From: Escherichia phage EcWhh-1
Sequence record: MH791409.1
DNA: 64,000 bases
Reading direction: 5' to 3' (one strand)
A program made the translations under genes and the position numbers. The notes beneath the pieces were generated by a model that was not told where the DNA came from, made no database searches, and saw only the letters and a program-made list of their open reading frames with translations. Shown here one piece after another: positions 29,429-40,835 of this stretch; the first letter of the stretch is position 1; every line of letters starts with the position of its first letter.

Positions 29429-30576
29429 TACTCTACCACAATTTCTTTCAAATATTTTTCAGGGATTTGAGCCTTATGATTTTTCAAGAACACAGAGTTA
29501 ATCTGGTCTACAACCGTATCATAATTAATACCGCCTACGTACGCCTGCATAAGAATAGAGAACAGCCCTGGGAAGTCCTTAAGGATTAACTGACCGGTAA
29601 CAGCGTAGTCCTTACGGTCGCGACCCTTGAGCTGAGAATACGCTGCTTCTAACAAAGCCAAGGACTGTTCTAAGTAGTCTAAATGGATACGTTCAAATGC
29701 ATTGATTTTCTCGATAGCAAATGAATCAGTGCTGAACAAACCTCGGAGGTCATCGGTTCCGCCTGCCACTACAACTTCAAATAAACGTTCGTTATTATTA
29801 ATGGAATCTTTGGTATGATGCAGTGCGCTATACCAAGCGGTTTTGAGTTTAAAGAACGTACCATCTTTCAGTACAAAGATAAAGCCTTCAATACCCTCTT
29901 GTTTACGGATATTGTCAACAAAATCGCCTTCAGAGAGTTCGTAGCTTTTAACCAAATGCTTACGCAGGGCGCCATCTTTAAACAGTTCAGCGTAAGGGAT
30001 ATACTCACCCGTTTCGTTATTACGAACGTTCAATAAGATAAGGTTTGTTTCTTGGTAAGCCAGCACAATACGGTTGGTAGGCGAAACATACTCGAGGTTG
30101 CATGTATAACCTGCTTTAGTAATTTCTTCTAAACGAGCAGCGAAGGCTTCGTTTTCAGGGAGTCGAAGGAAACGTAAAGAATCATGTACCATCGAAGAAT
30201 GGATAGAGCCTTTAGATTTAACAGAAAGATATTGTCTGTCCATAAAGGTAGAAATCAAGGAACCATCTTCCTTAGCCATAACCAAGTCGATATTTTCTTG
30301 TGATAAATCCAAACCAATAGTCAATGGGTTTTCATCGAGATTAAAGAACTTTTGCATAGGACGAGCAGCGATACGTACAGGACCGTTCTCGTCCATTTCA
30401 AACATAATGCCTCGACACTCTAGCGCGCCGTCTTCCAACCAATCACTATACGATGCATAGTTATAACTAAAGATGCGATAGTTGACTCCTAGCGCACTCT
30501 GAAAGTCTTTAAAGAAGAACTTAGATTTAGTTGAGTTTTTAACCAGGCCCATTAAGTTATCATATAATTCAATCAT
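29428..30576 (-). CDS. rnlA: RNA ligase 1
   Basis: 382 aa; matches T4 Rnl1 (YRIFSYNYASYSDWL...ECRGIMFEMD). Confidence 0.92.
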   Translation of the reverse strand: MIELYDNLMGLVKNSTKSKFFFKDFQSALGVNYRIFSYNYASYSDWLEDGALECRGIMFEMDENGPVRIAARPMQKFFNLDENPLTIGLDLSQENIDLVMAKEDGSLISTFMDRQYLSVKSKGSIHSSMVHDSLRFLRLPENEAFAARLEEITKAGYTCNLEYVSPTNRIVLAYQETNLILLNVRNNETGEYIPYAELFKDGALRKHLVKSYELSEGDFVDNIRKQEGIEGFIFVLKDGTFFKLKTAWYSALHHTKDSINNNERLFEVVVAGGTDDLRGLFSTDSFAIEKINAFERIHLDYLEQSLALLEAAYSQLKGRDRKDYAVTGQLILKDFPGLFSILMQAYVGGINYDTVVDQINSVFLKNHKAQIPEKYLKEIVVE

Positions 30577-30986
30577 TGCTTTATCCTATGTTGGGTATTC
30601 CAAGGTGGATTAAATTTCTTTATGAACATTGGCTCTTCAAGAGACATGGTCTCAACTGACATAGTTCCAAGTTCGTTGGTCATCGACAGATTAAAGCACT
30701 GTCTAGCATAGAACTCTACCTTTTTACCTGCCATTAATGCTTCATGAATCAGAATGGACTTAGTCGAATCTGACGTTTGGTCCTTACGATTAATAGCGGT
30801 TCGGTAGTAGTTGATGCGCTTACGAAGATTTTTAGTCTTCCCGATGTAGACTAGTATATCATCAACTGCTATAGCATATATGACATTTTGTTTATTTGGA
30901 ACCGTGATAGGGGCTATAGTAGCATCTGTTTGGAGCTCCAGTGTAACGTACTTGATAAAGCTAAATTCGTCTGCGATTTCTTTCAT
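30573..30986 (-). CDS. denA: endonuclease II (GIY-YIG)
   Basis: GIY-YIG motif (ILVYIGKT...RINYY); internal ATG preferred because the track N-terminus overlaps a terminator hairpin. Confidence 0.8.
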   Translation of the reverse strand: MKEIADEFSFIKYVTLELQTDATIAPITVPNKQNVIYAIAVDDILVYIGKTKNLRKRINYYRTAINRKDQTSDSTKSILIHEALMAGKKVEFYARQCFNLSMTNELGTMSVETMSLEEPMFIKKFNPPWNTQHRIKQ

Positions 30987-30994
30987 AGCAATAA

Positions 30995-31008
30995 GGGGCC
31001 GAAGCCCC
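30995..31008 (-). terminator. hairpin GGGGC-CGAA-GCCCC after nrdB
   Basis: 5-bp GC stem, UUCG loop on transcript. Confidence 0.5.
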
Positions 31009-31013
31009 ATTCC

Positions 31014-32195
31014 TTAAAAATATTTCTTGTACGATGCCATTACTTTTTCATCGACATCGTTATCAATTTGTGCTACAAGGTAAGAACTGATTTCCACTTC
31101 CTGAGGAGCAGCCTGTACAGCATCAGAGTTCAGGTATTCGCGAATCCAAGGATAAGGATGGCGAGTAGGAGCATCAGTAATAGGACATGGTAAGCCACAT
31201 TGCTTCATACGAGAAACTGTCAGGTAATCGACAAAAGCACCCATGTTCTGAGTATTTAATCCAGGGCAAGTACCATCTTTGAACAGGTGGGTGGCCCACT
31301 CTTTTTCTTGTCGGTTAACTTCCATGAAAATATCAACTGCTTCTTGTTCACACTCTTGAGCAATTTTAACCCATTCATCGCCATCAGTACCAAGTTGAAG
31401 TTGGCGAATAATGTATTGAGTGCCCTTGAGGTGAAGCTGTTCATCGCGTGCAATAAACTTCATAATCTTAGCATTACCTTCCATGATTTCCATATTCTTA
31501 TGGAAGTTAAAGGTACATGCGAAAGATACGTAAAAACGAATAGCTTCCAATGCGTTGATTACGTGGAGGCAAAGGTAAAGAGAACGCATTAGTTCGCGTT
31601 TCTCTTTAGCAATACGCATATCCAGCCCAACAAGAGCAAAAGATTCTACTTTAGCTTCCTCTTCCAATTTTTCCATTTCTGCTACAGAAGTTTGCCAAAT
31701 ACGGGTTTTCTCAATAACGTCATCGTAATAACGACCGATTGACTCGGCACGTTTCATAATGGCATCATCTAACAGAATTTCATCAAATACCTTAGATGGG
31801 TCTGTATAGAGGTTACGCATGATATGGGTATAAGAACGAGAGTGAATGGTCTCACTAAAGGTCCATGTGGCAACCCATGTATCAAGGCTAGGGTCTGAAA
31901 TCAATGCTTGGAGTGCAGCAGAAGGAGCACGTCCCTGGATACTATCCAGAAGTGATTGATACTTCAGGTTATTGGTAAAAATATTTTGCTGGAATTGTGG
32001 AAGCTTATTAAACTGGGCTGCATCCATCATCAAGTTAACTTCCTCTGGACGCCAGAAGAAACTCAACTGCTTTTCACAAAGCTCTTCGAATACTTTATGG
32101 CGTTGGATATCGTAACGAGCAATACCCAAACCTGAACCAAAGAACATCGGTTCGGCTAAAACATCAACTGGGGTAGTATTAAAAACTGTAGACAT
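31014..32195 (-). CDS. nrdB: ribonucleotide reductase beta subunit (uninterrupted, no intron)
   Basis: matches T4 NrdB from MSTVFNT; continuous ORF. Confidence 0.9.
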   Translation of the reverse strand: MSTVFNTTPVDVLAEPMFFGSGLGIARYDIQRHKVFEELCEKQLSFFWRPEEVNLMMDAAQFNKLPQFQQNIFTNNLKYQSLLDSIQGRAPSAALQALISDPSLDTWVATWTFSETIHSRSYTHIMRNLYTDPSKVFDEILLDDAIMKRAESIGRYYDDVIEKTRIWQTSVAEMEKLEEEAKVESFALVGLDMRIAKEKRELMRSLYLCLHVINALEAIRFYVSFACTFNFHKNMEIMEGNAKIMKFIARDEQLHLKGTQYIIRQLQLGTDGDEWVKIAQECEQEAVDIFMEVNRQEKEWATHLFKDGTCPGLNTQNMGAFVDYLTVSRMKQCGLPCPITDAPTRHPYPWIREYLNSDAVQAAPQEVEISSYLVAQIDNDVDEKVMASYKKYF

Positions 32196-32248
32196 ATTAT
32201 TCTCATTTGTTAGTGACTCATCCATGAGTCAATTATAATCAGATTTTA

Positions 32249-34504
32249 TTAAAGCTTACAAGCTGCACAATCATCGGCTTTAGGAGTTTCGATTTCGTAA
32301 TCGTCGGTACCAGAGCCGTCACGGGTGTTATGGTAGTAAAGGTTCTTACCACCAAAGTACCAGAAATATAACAGGTCATCAAGCATTACTGACATAGGAA
32401 CTTTTCCTTTCTCATAGTTCTGAGGGTCGTAATACGTATTCGCTGATGCTGATTGGCAAACCCATTTCAACATAATTGCTACTTGGGTAAGATAAGGTTT
32501 ATTACCTTTCTTAGCGAGGCTCCAAGCGTAATCATAAAGGCCTTGGTTATGTTCTACATTAGGAACTACCTGTCGGAAGTTACCTTCTTTAGATTCTTTA
32601 ATACTTACCGGGCCGCGCGGAGGTTCGATACCGTTTGTAGAGTTGGAAACCTGGCTGCTTGATTCACACGGCATAAGTGCTGATAATGTGCTATTACGGA
32701 TGCCATGTTTAGCCAAGTCTTCCCGCAACGACGCCCAGTCACAAACATAGTTAGGGGCTGCGATTTGGTCAATCTTTTTATTGTACCAGTCGATAGGAAG
32801 CTCGCCTCGAGACCATTTAGTGTCTGAATAATACTCGCAAGGTCCTTTTTCTTCGGCCAACTTGATTGATGCTCTGATAAGTCCATACTGTAATCTCTCA
32901 AACAGTTCATGAGTTAAATCGTTTGCGTCTTCATAAGAAGCAAAGTTGCTTGCCAGCCATGCTGCGTAGTTAGTAACACCGACACCCAAGTTACGACGTT
33001 TCTTAGCCTTCAGAGCTTCAGGAACAGGATAATCTTGGTAGTCTAACAAGTTATCAAGTGCACGTACCTGTACTTCAGCAAGTTCGTTGATTTTGTCTTG
33101 GTCTTGCCAATCAAAGTTATCTAATACGAATGCAGACAGAGTACACAACCCGATTTCGGCGTCAGGACTATTCACATCGGTAGTCGGGATAGCAATTTCA
33201 CAACACAGGTTACTCTGGCGAATAGGAGCCTTTTCACGAATAAATGGTGTGAAGTTGTTAGTGTTATCAACGAACTGAGGATAAATTCGTGCAGTGCCTG
33301 AACGTTCGGTCATAAACAATTCGAAGAGGTCGCGTGCTTTAATACGTTTCTTACGAATACTAGGGTCTTTTTCAGCAGCTTCATACAATTCACGGAAACG
33401 TTCTTGGTCTTCGAAATAAGAATAATAAAGCTCGCCACCCATTTCATGAGGACTAAACAGGGTAATGTAATCATTTTTACCGAAACGTTCCATCATCAGG
33501 TCGTTTAACTGGATTCCGTAGTCCATATGACGAATACGGTTCTCATCGACACCTTTGTTGTTTTTCAGAACGAGCAGATTTTCAACTTCCAAATGCCAAA
33601 TAGGATAATAAGCAGTAGCAGCGCCGCCACGGATTCCACCTTGTGAACATGATTTAACAGCAGTCTGGAAATGTTTCCAGAATGGAATAACACCGGTATG
33701 TTTGACTTCACCCATGCCAATACGAGAACCTTCAGCACGAATCATACCAACGTTAATACCAATACCTGCACGTTTAGAAATGTATTCAATTATTGAGTTT
33801 GCAGTTTTGTTAATAGATTTCAGTGAGTCACCTGCTTCAATAACAACACAAGAACTAAATTGACGGGTTGGAGTACGTGCACCAGCCATAATAGGAGTAG
33901 GCAACGAAACCTGACGAGTACTTACAGCGTCATAAAAACGAATAATATGTGCTAAACGGTTACCCGGCTCATCTTGGTGTAAGGCCATACCAATACACAT
34001 GATAGCGAACTGAGGAGTTTCATAGATTTTACCGGTTGTTTTATCTTTAACCAGATATTTCTCTTTCAGCTGCATTGCGCCAGCATAAGTCAATTCGAAA
34101 TCGCGTTCATGCTTGATATGAGATTCTAAGAAAGTAATTTCTTCTGCAGAATATCGAGATAGCAATTCTGGGTCATATTTACCTTCGTTAACACAATAGG
34201 AAATATGGTCGATAAAACTACGTGGTTCAAACTGACCGTAAACTTCTTTACGCAGCGCAAACATCAATTCTTTTGCTGCTACATATTGGTAATCAGGTTC
34301 TTCAACTGAAATAAGGTTAGCCGCAACTTTAACAGTCAGATTCTGGATATCTTTGGTAGTCATACCATCACGAAGGTGGGGTTTAATTTCTTCGTATAAT
34401 TCATAAGGGTCGATTTGGGTTCCTTCACAGCCCCAAGTCAGAACTTTAATAATTTTTTGTGCGTCAAAATCTTGGGATACACCACTACTCTTTTGTACTT
34501 GCAT
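32249..34504 (-). CDS. nrdA: ribonucleotide reductase alpha subunit
   Basis: 751 aa (T4 754 aa), class I RNR large subunit. Confidence 0.92.
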   Translation of the reverse strand: MQVQKSSGVSQDFDAQKIIKVLTWGCEGTQIDPYELYEEIKPHLRDGMTTKDIQNLTVKVAANLISVEEPDYQYVAAKELMFALRKEVYGQFEPRSFIDHISYCVNEGKYDPELLSRYSAEEITFLESHIKHERDFELTYAGAMQLKEKYLVKDKTTGKIYETPQFAIMCIGMALHQDEPGNRLAHIIRFYDAVSTRQVSLPTPIMAGARTPTRQFSSCVVIEAGDSLKSINKTANSIIEYISKRAGIGINVGMIRAEGSRIGMGEVKHTGVIPFWKHFQTAVKSCSQGGIRGGAATAYYPIWHLEVENLLVLKNNKGVDENRIRHMDYGIQLNDLMMERFGKNDYITLFSPHEMGGELYYSYFEDQERFRELYEAAEKDPSIRKKRIKARDLFELFMTERSGTARIYPQFVDNTNNFTPFIREKAPIRQSNLCCEIAIPTTDVNSPDAEIGLCTLSAFVLDNFDWQDQDKINELAEVQVRALDNLLDYQDYPVPEALKAKKRRNLGVGVTNYAAWLASNFASYEDANDLTHELFERLQYGLIRASIKLAEEKGPCEYYSDTKWSRGELPIDWYNKKIDQIAAPNYVCDWASLREDLAKHGIRNSTLSALMPCESSSQVSNSTNGIEPPRGPVSIKESKEGNFRQVVPNVEHNQGLYDYAWSLAKKGNKPYLTQVAIMLKWVCQSASANTYYDPQNYEKGKVPMSVMLDDLLYFWYFGGKNLYYHNTRDGSGTDDYEIETPKADDCAACKL

Positions 34505-34520
34505 AATTTCCTCAATATGT

Positions 34521-34562
34521 TAGGTTCTACATCTATAATAACATAGAACCTGTTAAGCATGG
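34521..34562 (-). promoter_or_regulatory. candidate MotA-type middle promoter with stem-loop upstream of nrdA
   Basis: - strand ATGCTTAAC (MotA-box-like) then TATTAT inside GGTTCTA...TAGAACC. Confidence 0.4.
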
Positions 34563-34570
34563 ACTGATAT

Positions 34571-34990
34571 TTATAGGTCTTCTAATGAGAACGTATCTTT
34601 GAAAAGTTTGTTAACAACCAGGGCTATCACATCCCCATGACAGTCCTTAGGTTTACAGGTGCACGCTATTCGCATACCTCTAAGGGTTTCAAGGTGTTCT
34701 CTTTTAATTTCACCCGATTTTATTTTAGCAATAAAGTATTCTTTAAAGTTCTTGATGTTTTCCTCACGGGTCCCATCTTTAAATGGATTACCCCACATGG
34801 TCCCGCGTTGGATATTGACATCAAAATCTTCTTTATACTTGTTAACAACTCTGCAGACTCTCATTATAACACCAAATTCAGTCCGACCATAATAACCAAA
34901 AACAGAGTACAGATTATTTGAATTTTCATACAGCCATTTTAGCCTTAATGGTAGGGTGTGATTCGTAACCAATGAGTTTAAAATCTTCAT
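34571..34990 (-). CDS. DUF4326-like protein (GNPF, CTC...CHGD motifs)
   Basis: 139-aa track ORF overlapping td by about 65 nt; real start probably internal (about 34864); motifs recalled from DUF4326. Confidence 0.45.
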   Translation of the reverse strand: MKILNSLVTNHTLPLRLKWLYENSNNLYSVFGYYGRTEFGVIMRVCRVVNKYKEDFDVNIQRGTMWGNPFKDGTREENIKNFKEYFIAKIKSGEIKREHLETLRGMRIACTCKPKDCHGDVIALVVNKLFKDTFSLEDL

Positions 34991-35785
34991 GGACCATATG
35001 CTCTGTTACCCAATGAAGCTGTAATGTCGTGCTCCAATCAGAGAATCCTTCAGGCCAATTAATTTCCAGTTCACAAAGCTCTTTAGGCTCACGACGAAGA
35101 ACTTCTTGACATTGTTCAACGTGGTTAGAATAGATGTGCGTATTGCCGCCTGAGAACACTAAATCGCCAGGAATAAGATTACACATCTTAGCTACAATAT
35201 GCACAAGAGCGGCGTAAGAGGCGATATTAAATGGCAATCCTAAGAACACGTCAACAGAACGCTGATACCACTGGAGGTCAAGATGGCCGTTACGAACGTT
35301 GAACTGGTAAAAGCAATGGCAAGGCGGAAGAGCCATCCGGTTGATTTCAGCCGGGTTCCATGCAGATACGATTTGACGACGGTCGTTAGGCATCTTTTTA
35401 ATGCGGTCGATAATTTCTACAACCTGGTCGACACCACCAAAATCTCGCCATTGTTTACCGTATACAGGACCCAGTTCGCCGCTATGATAGCCAAGGTCTT
35501 TAGCTTGGTTTTCATAGTTTTCGTCCCAAATAGTTTTACCACCAATTAATGAACCGTGAGTACGTAAACGAAGGTCGTTAACGTTTGTTGAACCCGAAAG
35601 GAACCAAAGGAGCTCAGCAATGCAGGCTTTCCATGCTAATTTTTTAGTTGTTACTGCAGGAAAGCCTTTAGTTAAATCAAAACGTAATTTAGTACCGAAC
35701 AGTGCAATTGTACCGGTGCCGGTACGGTCGTCGGTTTCGTAGCCATTTTCCAGGATATCTTTAATTAAAAATTGGTATTGTTTCA

Positions 35786-35798
<13 letters not shown>
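34926..35798 (-). CDS. td: thymidylate synthase (uninterrupted, no intron)
   Basis: 290 aa; near-identical to T4 Td as recalled, continuous ORF. Confidence 0.92.
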
Positions 35799-36909
<1,111 letters not shown>

Positions 36910-36918
36910 ATATTTTCC

Positions 36919-37158
36919 TCACGCTTTCTTAGCAACTTTCCAGTCGGCTTTAAATTGGTCAATATCAGAATGGTGAATCCAGAAACCAGATGAGCTACCA
37001 TCTTCATAAAGAGGACAACCATCACACTCATCTTTCCAACCCATTTCACACAAAGCTTGTTCGGCTTTTTCCAGAGCTTCCGGATTGCTACCTTGGATTG
37101 TGAAGTACCATTTGCCTTTAACTTCAGAATCTTTAATTGATTCGCGTTGTAATTTCAT
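36919..37158 (-). CDS. hypothetical Cys-containing acidic protein
   Basis: 79-aa ORF with promoter cassette upstream. Confidence 0.5.
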   Translation of the reverse strand: MKLQRESIKDSEVKGKWYFTIQGSNPEALEKAEQALCEMGWKDECDGCPLYEDGSSSGFWIHHSDIDQFKADWKVAKKA

Positions 37159-37172
37159 TTTATTCTCCTCAA

Positions 37173-37214
37173 GTTGATAAGGCTATAGTATCACTACCAT
37201 AGCCTTAGGTAAAC
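37173..37214 (-). promoter_or_regulatory. early promoter/stem-loop cassette (PeSL-like)
   Basis: AAGGCTAT...ATAGCCTT stem around TATAGTATC; GTTTAC -35. Confidence 0.55.
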
Positions 37215-37216
37215 AC

Positions 37217-37444
37217 TTATTTTTGAATTAAGCCCATATAAAATTTATTGTCTTCTGGGTGCATACCATCGCAATATTCATCAGCCATAAAGCGGGTAAG
37301 GTCTTCAAGAGGACCTTGGACTTCAATTTGCATACTACAGAATTGTGTGTCTTTGATATAAGTCATAGTCAAAGAAGGATAACGATTACGGATAACTTCG
37401 TAAGTGTATTCAAAATCAACGATATCAATATTAACCTTAGCCAT
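37217..37444 (-). CDS. hypothetical protein
   Basis: 75-aa ORF between two promoter cassettes. Confidence 0.55.
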   Translation of the reverse strand: MAKVNIDIVDFEYTYEVIRNRYPSLTMTYIKDTQFCSMQIEVQGPLEDLTRFMADEYCDGMHPEDNKFYMGLIQK

Positions 37445-37457
37445 TTTATTTTCCTCA

Positions 37458-37501
37458 TTAGTTGATAGGTCTATAGTATCATGCCTATAGACCTTGTAAA
37501 C
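37458..37501 (-). promoter_or_regulatory. early promoter/stem-loop cassette (PeSL)
   Basis: TTGATAGGTCTATAGTATCATG core shared with six or more other copies. Confidence 0.6.
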
Positions 37502-37503
37502 AC

Positions 37504-37764
37504 TTATTTTTGAATTTTATCTAGCCATTTACCAAGTTTAATCATTTCCTTGGTGGCTTTTTCCATACTTCTGAATTTAACCAGTAAAGGTTGGGCATCA
37601 ACACCCATAACTAAGCTGGTTACAAGACTATGTTCACCTACAAGCCATAATGAATACGTTTGGATATCAAGACCGTAATTTCGGTCTTTATGAACTCGTA
37701 CACCCATCACTTCAAATTTCTCACTGGCTTTTTCTACTGCATCCAGGAAATCATCTTTAGTCAT
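37504..37764 (-). CDS. hypothetical protein
   Basis: track ORF trimmed to an internal ATG. Confidence 0.45.
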   Translation of the reverse strand: MTKDDFLDAVEKASEKFEVMGVRVHKDRNYGLDIQTYSLWLVGEHSLVTSLVMGVDAQPLLVKFRSMEKATKEMIKLGKWLDKIQK

Positions 37765-37765
37765 G

Positions 37766-38161
37766 TTAGGCCTTAAAAGTTTTTTGCAAAAGTTCAATAA
37801 TTTGGTCGACGTTCTGTTCAGTGACAATGCAATGGATTTGGGTCACACCGGTCTTAGTAACAGGTTTGTCAACTTCATCTTCGTCATATTCACGGAAGCA
37901 ATAGAACTCATCTTCATGCAATTCAAAATATTCCTCTAGTGTTCCGTCCGAACTAAAAATCTTGCCATTAGCACATTTGATTTTAGTTACAAATTTATCC
38001 CCATCTGTGGTCATTGTATCCTTTACTTCAAACCACCCACCGTTTTCTTGGATAATATCGACCATATCATTATTATTGATAGGGGTGATATTAATAAAAG
38101 CTTTGATACACTCAGGGCGAAGTTCGTATTTTTTACCAATTTTCATTTTTTTAAATTCCAA
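37766..38161 (-). CDS. hypothetical protein, paralog A
   Basis: 131 aa; shares KIGKKYEL...KDGTI...EYFEL...IH...TF pattern with 38151-38516. Confidence 0.55.
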   Translation of the reverse strand: MEFKKMKIGKKYELRPECIKAFINITPINNNDMVDIIQENGGWFEVKDTMTTDGDKFVTKIKCANGKIFSSDGTLEEYFELHEDEFYCFREYDEDEVDKPVTKTGVTQIHCIVTEQNVDQIIELLQKTFKA

Positions 38162-38516
38162 AGGTAGCTTTAATCAAGGCAACAACTTCTGCCGCATTTT
38201 TGTGGTTTACCTGTACATGGATAGTTTGGGTATCAACGGCAGGAGCATCGCCATCAACTTCCAGGAAGTGACAGAATTCCCATTCACCGAGTTCAAAGTA
38301 CTCATCAGAATCACCCATACTATTCAGGATGGTGCCATCTTTCATTTCAACTTTTTCAACAAAATAATCACCTTCAATATAACGCATATCCAAGACTTTG
38401 AAGGAATTGCCATGTTGTTCCATCAACCTGACCATGCACGAATTATCATCAGGACTAAAAGCGATGAATTGTTTTTTAGCAGCAGGGTCTAATACGTAAA
38501 ATTTACCAATTTCCAT
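38151..38516 (-). CDS. hypothetical protein, paralog B
   Basis: 121 aa; paralogous to 37766-38161. Confidence 0.6.
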   Translation of the reverse strand: MEIGKFYVLDPAAKKQFIAFSPDDNSCMVRLMEQHGNSFKVLDMRYIEGDYFVEKVEMKDGTILNSMGDSDEYFELGEWEFCHFLEVDGDAPAVDTQTIHVQVNHKNAAEVVALIKATFGI

Positions 38517-38530
38517 TTTTATTTCCTCAT

Positions 38531-38574
38531 GTAGTTGATAGGTCTATAGTATCATGTTTAAAGGCATTGTAAAC
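38531..38574 (-). promoter_or_regulatory. early promoter/stem-loop cassette (PeSL)
   Basis: GTAGTTGATAGGTCTATAGTATCATG...GTAAAC. Confidence 0.6.
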
Positions 38575-38590
38575 CATTAAATGCCAAAAA

Positions 38591-38610
38591 GGGAAGACCG
38601 AAGTCTTCCC
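38591..38610 (-). terminator. hairpin GGGAAGAC-CGAA-GTCTTCCC after gene 32
   Basis: 8-bp stem, UUCG loop on transcript, 17 nt after the gp32 stop. Confidence 0.65.
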
Positions 38611-38626
38611 ATTATAAATCAATAAC

Positions 38627-39532
38627 TTATAGACCAGCTAACAGGTCGTCCAGACCATCGTCATCAGAAGGACTTACTGATGGTTCAGGAGTAGTGGAAC
38701 GGGCCGGTGTAGACGGTTTGGAATCATATGCATCAAGGTCTGCACTGAATGCGTCCAGGTCATCACCAATCTTATCAGCAGCTGCAGAAGCTTTAGCGGC
38801 AGCACCACCAAGAGCAGCAGTACCAACAACTTTCTTAAACTTGGCTTCGTTAGTTTCAAAGGATTTGAACTCGAGCAGTTTAGAAAGGTCGTGCATTTCT
38901 TCCATCAATTTAGCTTGGTAAGCTTCATCATTGATGTTAGGAATTTCAGACTGACCCATGAATTTGGAATCGTCGTAGTTTTTGAAGTCGCCAACTTTCT
39001 TAGATTTCAGTACGAAGTTAGCACCATCAAACGGACATGTTACGTCAACCGGCACTTCACCGATATCAGTATCAACTTCAACCATCTGGTTGATTTTATC
39101 CATAATTTTCTGACCGAAACGGAATTTAAACACTTTACCTTCGTTAGCAGGCACTGCACTATCCTTAATAACAAGGATGTTAGCCCAGAAGGAAGTTTTA
39201 CGTTTCATCAGTTTGTATTCGGCGTTATTAGTATTATACGTATCGTTCTGGTTCATGTATTTACATACAGGACAAGAATCGAAATCGCCGTGAGTAGACG
39301 TACAGTTTTCAATGTACCATTGACCATTTTTCTTAAAGCCGTGGTTAACGAGCTTAACGAATGGAGATGGATTTTCTTCGTTTTTCGAAGGTAGGAAACG
39401 AATTACCGCAGTACCAACACCATTGTCATCTTTCAATTTCCATTCAGCTTTATCATCGGAAGAGAAAGAAGAACCACCTTTCATTGCAGACAGTTGAGCA
39501 GCCAGTTGGGAAGGGTCTTTACGTTTGAACAT
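38627..39532 (-). CDS. 32: single-stranded DNA-binding protein gp32
   Basis: 301 aa; matches T4 gp32 ([11 protein letters not shown]...[14 protein letters not shown]). Confidence 0.93.
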   Translation of the reverse strand: MFKRKDPSQLAAQLSAMKGGSSFSSDDKAEWKLKDDNGVGTAVIRFLPSKNEENPSPFVKLVNHGFKKNGQWYIENCTSTHGDFDSCPVCKYMNQNDTYNTNNAEYKLMKRKTSFWANILVIKDSAVPANEGKVFKFRFGQKIMDKINQMVEVDTDIGEVPVDVTCPFDGANFVLKSKKVGDFKNYDDSKFMGQSEIPNINDEAYQAKLMEEMHDLSKLLEFKSFETNEAKFKKVVGTAALGGAAAKASAAADKIGDDLDAFSADLDAYDSKPSTPARSTTPEPSVSPSDDDGLDDLLAGL

Positions 39533-39622
39533 ATTATTTACCTTAGCAGATTTTAGCAGTTGTATTTTATTAACAGTTTTTAACAGATTGAGTTAGTATA
39601 TTAACACATTTGATATGAAGCA
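39533..39622 (-). promoter_or_regulatory. gene 32 leader (candidate autoregulatory translational operator)
   Basis: 90-nt A/U-rich leader between 59 and 32; T4 gp32 autoregulates at this site. Confidence 0.35.
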
Positions 39623-40276
39623 TTAAAACTTACAAGATTTGATAGTTTCAATGAACAATTTACGAGCTTCTAAATTATCGATTATAAGAATTTTCTTATA
39701 AGCATTTAATTTAGTCGAATACTTAGACCACACTAAATCGTTGGTCTGTTCATCATGTTTATTTATTATGTCCATAAATGAATCAAGCAAAATAAACGTT
39801 TCGAACGAAATAACATTCGATTGAAGGAGCTTAAAAATATAGCTCGAGTTAACTTTTTTATTATAATCAAAAATTTCAGAAAGCGCTTTAACTTCCACTT
39901 TCTTACTGAAATAATAGATGTTTTTGATATCGTCCTCAAAAACTTGTTTTATTCTTTTAAGTCTACCAATATATTCTCGGTAAAAGACTAAGGCGTCAGC
40001 ATCACTGATGTCGCCAATCCATGCGTCTTGGTTAGCCACCAAGTTACTCATGAAGATAAGAGCAAGCTCTTTCAAAGTGTATTTATCACTCAATTTCTCG
40101 AAGAAATATTTGTCACGACGTTTTTGGTAAGCCGTATCAGAGATTCGCATGACCCAGTTATATTTTATAACGTCGTATTTGGCGTTGAAGTGATGTTTGA
40201 GCATTAAGTATAGTGAATATACGCTCTTACCATTCACCATACGATTATTGTTTGGTGGCATGCGAATCTTAATCAT
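39623..40276 (-). CDS. 59: helicase loader gp59
   Basis: 217 aa, same length as T4 gp59 and near-identical over long stretches as recalled. Confidence 0.92.
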   Translation of the reverse strand: MIKIRMPPNNNRMVNGKSVYSLYLMLKHHFNAKYDVIKYNWVMRISDTAYQKRRDKYFFEKLSDKYTLKELALIFMSNLVANQDAWIGDISDADALVFYREYIGRLKRIKQVFEDDIKNIYYFSKKVEVKALSEIFDYNKKVNSSYIFKLLQSNVISFETFILLDSFMDIINKHDEQTNDLVWSKYSTKLNAYKKILIIDNLEARKLFIETIKSCKF

Positions 40277-40575
40277 AACAAGAAATCCAGGGTATTAGTT
40301 TTTTGCGTTCGTGCCATTGAAGGACGAAGCAAGTTATCATCAATGGCCTCGTTCATAATTTTATCAATAATTCCTGCAGGCAAATAACGAGCAAAGTTAC
40401 CTTCAGGGATGCTGTTCTCTTCCAACCATGTGGTGGCCGCTTCGAGATAGCTACATCCTTCAGCCTCAACAAAGGCCTCAATATCAAGGCCATTCTGTTG
40501 TTTATTTACCAATACATGGACAGGTTCAGAAGCGGTATTAACCGCTCCATCAAAATCATTCAAAGATTGTGTCAT
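40273..40575 (-). CDS. 33: late transcription accessory protein gp33
   Basis: 100 aa acidic protein between 59 and dsbA. Confidence 0.7.
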   Translation of the reverse strand: MTQSLNDFDGAVNTASEPVHVLVNKQQNGLDIEAFVEAEGCSYLEAATTWLEENSIPEGNFARYLPAGIIDKIMNEAIDDNLLRPSMARTQKTNTLDFLL

Positions 40576-40825
40576 ACAGTTCTACCACTTCAGTTTTTTC
40601 GTCTTCGAAACGTTCACGAGTGCCTTTATGATACAAGGAGAACAGCTGGTTAAACATTTTACCGTCTACACCAAGTTCAGTCTTAGCACGGTCTTTGATA
40701 TCTTTAATTTCGTCACCATATGCTTCCATTTTTAATTTGGTATCGGAAGCAGTTTTAATCAACTGGGCTAGGGTATTACCATGTTCTTCTTGGTTGAATT
40801 CAACTTTCACTTTTTCTTTAGCCAT
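40556..40825 (-). CDS. dsbA: dsDNA-binding protein DsbA
   Basis: MAKEKVKVEFNQEEHGNTLAQLIK... matches T4 DsbA; internal ATG used. Confidence 0.85.
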   Translation of the reverse strand: MAKEKVKVEFNQEEHGNTLAQLIKTASDTKLKMEAYGDEIKDIKDRAKTELGVDGKMFNQLFSLYHKGTRERFEDEKTEVVELYDTIFE

Positions 40826-40835
40826 TATATTCACC

